Source: an uncultured Actinomycetota bacterium (GTDB lineage Bacteria; Actinomycetota; Actinomycetes; CAVWCF01). From it: a stretch of 64,000 bases of DNA. A program made the position numbers and the translations under genes. How positions within the stretch are numbered: position 1 is the first letter of the stretch; each line of letters opens with the position of its first letter. The notes under the pieces are model-generated. The model searched no databases. It saw only the letters and a list, made by a program, of their open reading frames with translations, and was not told where the DNA came from. This document shows, piece by piece, positions 59,621 through 64,000 of the stretch. The stretch spans positions 96,001 to 160,000 of the forward strand of contig CAVWCF010000005.1 in assembly GCA_963753435.1 (NCBI GenBank). Direction: 5' to 3'.

Positions 59621-60244
59621 TCAGCGCAACCGCGACACCAAGAGACCGGCACCAACTGGCAACAAGGTCGAGTCGAAGCGTTCGTCAACGAGCAGATCGC
59701 GAACCAACTCCCGCACCGCGACAGTGTCGGCGTCGCGTTGCGCCGGATCGGGGACCCGGTCGTGCCAAAGCGCATCGTGGGTGATCAACAGGCCCCCGGG
59801 CTTGAGCAGCCGAACCGATTCGGAGACGTAGTCGGCCATCGCCCGCGGATCCCGATTCAACAGAACCAACTCGTAGCCGGACGCCGTGAGGCGCGGTAGC
59901 ACCTCGGTTGGCCGACCGGGGATCAGGCGGGCGCGACGATGCGTGATGCCGGCTCGGTCGAAGGCCGCGCGCGCGACTCGGTGATGCTCGGCCTCCGGGT
60001 CGATGCTGGTCACGACGCCGTCCTCCCGCATCCCGGAAAGCAGCCAGAGGGCGGCCATGCCGGAACCAGTGCCCACCTCCACGACGTTTCGGGCATCCAC
60101 GAGGAGGGCGAATAGGCGCAGGGCCGCCCCCACCGAGGCGGACACGACGGGGAGGCCACTCTCCACCGCATCCGCTCGAGCGGCCGCGATTGCTTCGTTC
60201 TCCGGGATCGACTCGTCAGCGAATCCGCGCACGTCTGTGATCAC
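59621..60244 (-). CDS. SAM-dependent O-methyltransferase (Rv1220c-like)
   Basis: VVEVGTGSG, GVVTSIDPE.EH, EVLPRL...YELV, LKPGG, V.DPAQRD. Confidence 0.9.
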   Translation of the reverse strand: MITDVRGFADESIPENEAIAAARADAVESGLPVVSASVGAALRLFALLVDARNVVEVGTGSGMAALWLLSGMREDGVVTSIDPEAEHHRVARAAFDRAGITHRRARLIPGRPTEVLPRLTASGYELVLLNRDPRAMADYVSESVRLLKPGGLLITHDALWHDRVPDPAQRDADTVAVRELVRDLLVDERFDSTLLPVGAGLLVSRLR

Positions 60245-60363
60245 CCGCGCAGCGTAATCGGGAAGGGTTAGGTGTTTGTGCGGGTTGTGTTCGGAAGCGG
60301 CCTCAGCAGATTCGCGATCGCCACAGTCATGGGAGCATTGGGTTCGTTGCAGAGAGGTGACCG

Positions 60364-61917
60364 ATGAACGACGAACGAGCTGAGCCGCAGGTTCCGATCG
60401 GGTCCGCTGCGGGCCTGGGGGTTGACGTACCGGCCGACGAAACGGCTGCGGTGGCTGAGCCGACCGCAGACGTGGCCGCTGGCGATGCCCCTAGCGAGGA
60501 CGTGCCCGCACCGGCGGCGGCGCCCGCCGAGGAACCGCGCCCGAGCTATCCGCAGCCGCCCGTAAGCGGCTACGGCTACACGGGTGCGTATGCGACTTCA
60601 GACGTAGACGGTGGCCTGGCCGCTGACGTCTACGGCCGCCCCGCTGTCAACGACGGCTACGCGTCGGGCGGCGGATACGGCCCCGCCGCGGGTTCAGGCG
60701 GCGACACCGCCGTTTACGGATCCGCGAGCGACACCTCCGTTTACGGAGCCCCCGGTTTCGCGCCACCCACCCCGCCCGGCACCTACGGCAACTACGGCGG
60801 TGCATTCGGCCCGCCGCCGGCGACCCCGGCCACCACGGCGACGCCATGGGGACGCGTGATCGGCGTCTCCTTGATTGTCGCGCTCCTCGCGGGCTTGCTC
60901 GGTGGTGTCGGCGGATACCTGTTCGCGCGGGCCGCCGACGACGCGACAGTCACTAACTCCGGTATTGACCTCGGTTCGCCCACCTCGGGAGTGACCACGC
61001 GACCGCCGGAGTCCGTCGCCGGCATCGCCGCGGCTGTTTCCCCCAGCGTGGTTTCCATCGAGGTGTCCAGCTCCAGCGGTGGTAGCACCGGTTCCGGATT
61101 CGTCATCGACTCCAGCGGATACCTGCTGACAAACAACCACGTGGTCGCCTCTGCGGCCAGCGGCGGCAGCATCGAAGTGTCCTTCGCCGACGGCACGCAG
61201 GAGTCCGCCGAGATTGTTGGCCGCTCGGCCTCCTACGACCTGGCGGTGCTCAAGGTGGACCGGGACGGGCTTCCCGAGGCGACTCTGGGCGACTCCGATG
61301 CCGTTGTGGTCGGTGACCCGGTGGTGGCCATCGGATCCCCGCTCGGCCTGGAAGGCACCGTCACGTCCGGAATCATCAGCGCGAAGGACCGACCCGTTAC
61401 CGCGGGTGGCGGAGACGGTACGGATCGATCATTCATCTCGGCGCTGCAGACGGACGCTGCCATCAACCCCGGTAACTCCGGCGGGCCACTGGTCGACTCC
61501 GCTGCAGCCGTCGTGGGTATCAACTCCGCCATCGCCACGCTCGGCGGGTCCGGCAGCACCGCAAGTGGGTCGATCGGTCTGGGATTCTCGATCCCGATTA
61601 ACCAGGCACGCCGAGTGGCGGAGGACTTGATCCGCACCGGCACCGCTTCCTTCCCGGTCATCGGGGCCACAGTGGACGGGGCCTACCAAGGCAACGGTGC
61701 CCGGGTTAGCGAAGTCACCGCCGGTGGACCCGCGGCCAGCGCCGGTCTGCGCGCCGGCGACGTGATCGTCGCGGCCGACGGACAGGCGATCAACGGCTCG
61801 GACGATCTGATCGTCTACATCCGATCGCAGAACCCGGGTGATGTGGTGACTTTCGACGTTCAGCGCGGCGGGCAGACGCAAGAGATCCCGGTGACTTTGG
61901 GTTCCGCAGAAGGCTGA
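60364..61917 (+). CDS. htrA: HtrA/DegP-family membrane serine protease with PDZ domain
   Basis: Low-complexity N-terminus, TM, GSGFV, TNNHV, DLAVL, QTDAAINPGNSGGPL, PDZ GGPA..AGL.AGDVI. Confidence 0.94.
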   Translation: MNDERAEPQVPIGSAAGLGVDVPADETAAVAEPTADVAAGDAPSEDVPAPAAAPAEEPRPSYPQPPVSGYGYTGAYATSDVDGGLAADVYGRPAVNDGYASGGGYGPAAGSGGDTAVYGSASDTSVYGAPGFAPPTPPGTYGNYGGAFGPPPATPATTATPWGRVIGVSLIVALLAGLLGGVGGYLFARAADDATVTNSGIDLGSPTSGVTTRPPESVAGIAAAVSPSVVSIEVSSSSGGSTGSGFVIDSSGYLLTNNHVVASAASGGSIEVSFADGTQESAEIVGRSASYDLAVLKVDRDGLPEATLGDSDAVVVGDPVVAIGSPLGLEGTVTSGIISAKDRPVTAGGGDGTDRSFISALQTDAAINPGNSGGPLVDSAAAVVGINSAIATLGGSGSTASGSIGLGFSIPINQARRVAEDLIRTGTASFPVIGATVDGAYQGNGARVSEVTAGGPAASAGLRAGDVIVAADGQAINGSDDLIVYIRSQNPGDVVTFDVQRGGQTQEIPVTLGSAEG

Positions 61918-61983
61918 GCCACGACTACGGTGGTTTTCATCGTGTTGCCACCGCCGCCAAGTCGTAGGGAATGAGGGAGCCGC

Positions 61984-62280
61984 ATGTTCGACGTCGGGCT
62001 CGGCGAGTTGCTCGCCCTCGGCGTGGTGGCTCTTCTCGTCTTCGGCCCCGACCGGCTGCCGGCGATCGCCGCTGATGCCGGCAAGTGGCTGCGTGAGTTG
62101 CGCGGAATGTCCACCCGAGCCCGCAAGGAGTTGTCCGATGCGGTCGGCCCGGATGTGGCCGACCTCGCCCTCAACCCGCGCGACTCGGTTACGCGAATCC
62201 TGAACCCGATCACCGAAGAGGCCACCGACGCCAAGCGCACGGTCAAGGACGCGGCCCGCTTCGACGAGGACGCGACCTGA
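61984..62280 (+). CDS. tatB: Twin-arginine translocase subunit TatB
   Basis: MFDVG.GEL...LLVFGPDRLP, L.LNPR, C-terminal FDEDAT; htrA-tatB-mrp synteny. Confidence 0.9.
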   Translation: MFDVGLGELLALGVVALLVFGPDRLPAIAADAGKWLRELRGMSTRARKELSDAVGPDVADLALNPRDSVTRILNPITEEATDAKRTVKDAARFDEDAT

Positions 62281-62335
62281 TCAGGGATCTGGACTGCCCG
62301 GTCGAAGTTCTGACCCGCGGGACCGACCCGAGTCG

Positions 62336-63466
62336 TCAGCGGCCGGCGGGAGACAACCCGAGCGAGCGCCCGGCCAGGCCGCGTTCCCGGCGACCAAGAC
62401 GCACGGCGACCGCCTGTAGGGCCTGAGCGGCAGGAGCCTCGGGGTCGGCCAGCACCAGCGGGACGCCGTCATCGCCGCCTTCGCGGACACGTGGATCCAG
62501 CGGCACCTGGGTCAGCAGGGGCACCGGTGCGCCCATGGTGGTGCTCAGTGCCTCGGCCACCCGTTGCCCGCCGCCGGAACCGAACAACTCCACCGGCTCA
62601 CCGCAGTGCGGGCAGGCGAATGCCGACATGTTCTCGATGACGCCGGCAATGCGCTGATGGGTCTGCAACGCGATGCTGCCGGCACGCTCGGCCACCTCGG
62701 CCGCCGCCGCTTGCGGAGTCGTGACCACCAGGATCTCTGCGCTCGGTATCAATTGCGCCACCGAAATCGCTATGTCTCCGGTGCCTGGCGGCAGGTCGAG
62801 CAGCAGGACGTCCAAATCCCCCCACCACACGTCGGCCAGGAACTGCTGCAGCGCACGGTGCAGCATCGGTCCGCGCCAAACGACCGGCTGGTTGCCGGGC
62901 GTGAACATGCCGATCGAGATCACCCGGACGCCGTGTGCGGTCGGCGGCATGATCATGTCCTCGACCTGCGTCGGGCGACCCTGCACCCCCAGCATCCGCG
63001 GCACCGAATGGCCGTAGATGTCCGCATCCACGACCCCGACGTTCAGTCCATCGGCTGCCATGGCCGCCGCCAGGTTGACGGTCACCGATGACTTGCCGAC
63101 GCCGCCCTTGCCGCTGGCGACTGCGAACACCCGAGTGAGGGACTGCGGCTGGGCGAACGGGATCTCCCGCTCCGGTGCCCCGCCGCGCAACTGCTTGGCC
63201 ATGTCTTGACGTTGCTGGTCGGTCATCACGCCCAGGTCGACGCCTACCTCTTCGACACCATCCACTGCCTGCACGGCGTCGGTTACGTCGGTGACGATCT
63301 TGTCCCGCAGGGGGCACGCCGCCACCGTCAGCAGCACCCGGACGTCGACGCGCGATTCGGTGATCGTCACGTCCTCGACCATGCCCAGTTCGGTGATGGG
63401 CCGGCGGATCTCCGGGTCGAGTACCTGGCTCAGCGCTGCGTCAATCTGCTCACGGGTGGGGGCCAT
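62336..63466 (-). CDS. mrp: Mrp/NBP35 (ApbC) Fe-S cluster carrier ATPase
   Basis: V.DPEI...ITELGMV, ACPL, ASGKGGVGKS, WRGPM, DLPPGTGD, ENMS..CPHC. Confidence 0.95.
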   Translation of the reverse strand: MAPTREQIDAALSQVLDPEIRRPITELGMVEDVTITESRVDVRVLLTVAACPLRDKIVTDVTDAVQAVDGVEEVGVDLGVMTDQQRQDMAKQLRGGAPEREIPFAQPQSLTRVFAVASGKGGVGKSSVTVNLAAAMAADGLNVGVVDADIYGHSVPRMLGVQGRPTQVEDMIMPPTAHGVRVISIGMFTPGNQPVVWRGPMLHRALQQFLADVWWGDLDVLLLDLPPGTGDIAISVAQLIPSAEILVVTTPQAAAAEVAERAGSIALQTHQRIAGVIENMSAFACPHCGEPVELFGSGGGQRVAEALSTTMGAPVPLLTQVPLDPRVREGGDDGVPLVLADPEAPAAQALQAVAVRLGRRERGLAGRSLGLSPAGR

Positions 63467-63508
63467 GAACGGCAGGCTACGTCAGCGCTGCAGCCGCGGC
63501 GCTGCGGA

Positions 63509-64000
63509 TCAAAGCTGCGGGTCCGGCTCCTGGCTCTGGAGGTCCTGCAGTGCCTCCTCGGCGGCCCGGCGCCGCTTGCGCTCCTTCTTCGCCCGACGCT
63601 CCGCTGCTGTTCGGCCGGCGTCGAGCTCGTCGAGCAGGTCACCGATCTCGCCCCGGATGAAGTCGCGCGTCGCTACCTCGCCGATACCGGCGCGCAACGC
63701 GGCGAGCTCTCGAGCCAAGTACTCGGAGTCGGCGACGAGGCGCTCGCCCCGGTCCCGATCAGCTTGGTACTGAACGCGGTCGCGGTCCGTCTGCCGGTTC
63801 TGGGCCAACAGGATGAGGGGTGCCGCATACGACGCCTGAATGCTCAGCACCAGGGTCAGGAAGATGAATGGGTAGTCGTCGAAGCGCAGATCAGTCGGCC
63901 CGAAGGCGTTCCACGTCAGCCAAATGAGGATGAACGCGGTCATGTAGCCGATGAACCGCCACGAGCCGAGGAACCGCGCGATCGCCTCGCTCAGGCGACC
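63509..64000 (-). CDS. DUF1003 membrane protein, 5' end outside the window
   Basis: IARFLGSWRF (upstream in frame), FDDYPFIFLTLVLS.QASYAAPLILLAQNRQ. Confidence 0.9.
   Translation of the reverse strand, partial: GRLSEAIARFLGSWRFIGYMTAFILIWLTWNAFGPTDLRFDDYPFIFLTLVLSIQASYAAPLILLAQNRQTDRDRVQYQADRDRGERLVADSEYLARELAALRAGIGEVATRDFIRGEIGDLLDELDAGRTAAERRAKKERKRRRAAEEALQDLQSQEPDPQL

Overview
This is a high-GC actinobacterial chromosome segment, mostly conserved housekeeping synteny. The main blocks are glpX-DUF4245-xseBA-ispH-rmuC-ychF; an Sdh1-type succinate dehydrogenase; typA with an oligopeptide ABC operon, an S9 peptidase and mshB; and fdxA-dapC-gltA-dapD-dapE-LOG-folP-DivIVA-like-tag-DUF3117-O-methyltransferase-htrA-tatB-mrp-DUF1003. 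Two accessory blocks interrupt this. The first (~8.9-21.6 kb) follows the ychF 3' end and begins with a helically phased repeat tract resembling an integrase attachment arm. It carries a class F sortase with a likely substrate, a tandem-MarR regulator, a CopZ-MFS pair, a LAXTG protein, a 5'-nucleotidase and a membrane protein with 16-aa tandem repeats. The second (37.5-45.0 kb) is a co-oriented cluster of an atypical FtsH-like protease, a small membrane protein and a minimal chemosensory set (CheW, MCP, CheA-REC hybrid, REC-GAF). It has no CheR, CheB or enzymatic output, has two matching sigma28/WhiG-like promoter motifs, and its MCP signalling segment is strongly G/T-skewed. This cluster is the best candidate for an undescribed system. 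Other oddities are an SdhB fused to a ~200-aa TPR-like domain, the absence of sigE/rseA at their usual position, an atypical CysRS and an EF-hand-like loop in the peptide-binding lipoprotein. I recognised no rRNA, tRNA, CRISPR array, integrase or transposase. All calls come from reading motifs by eye; no database searches were run.
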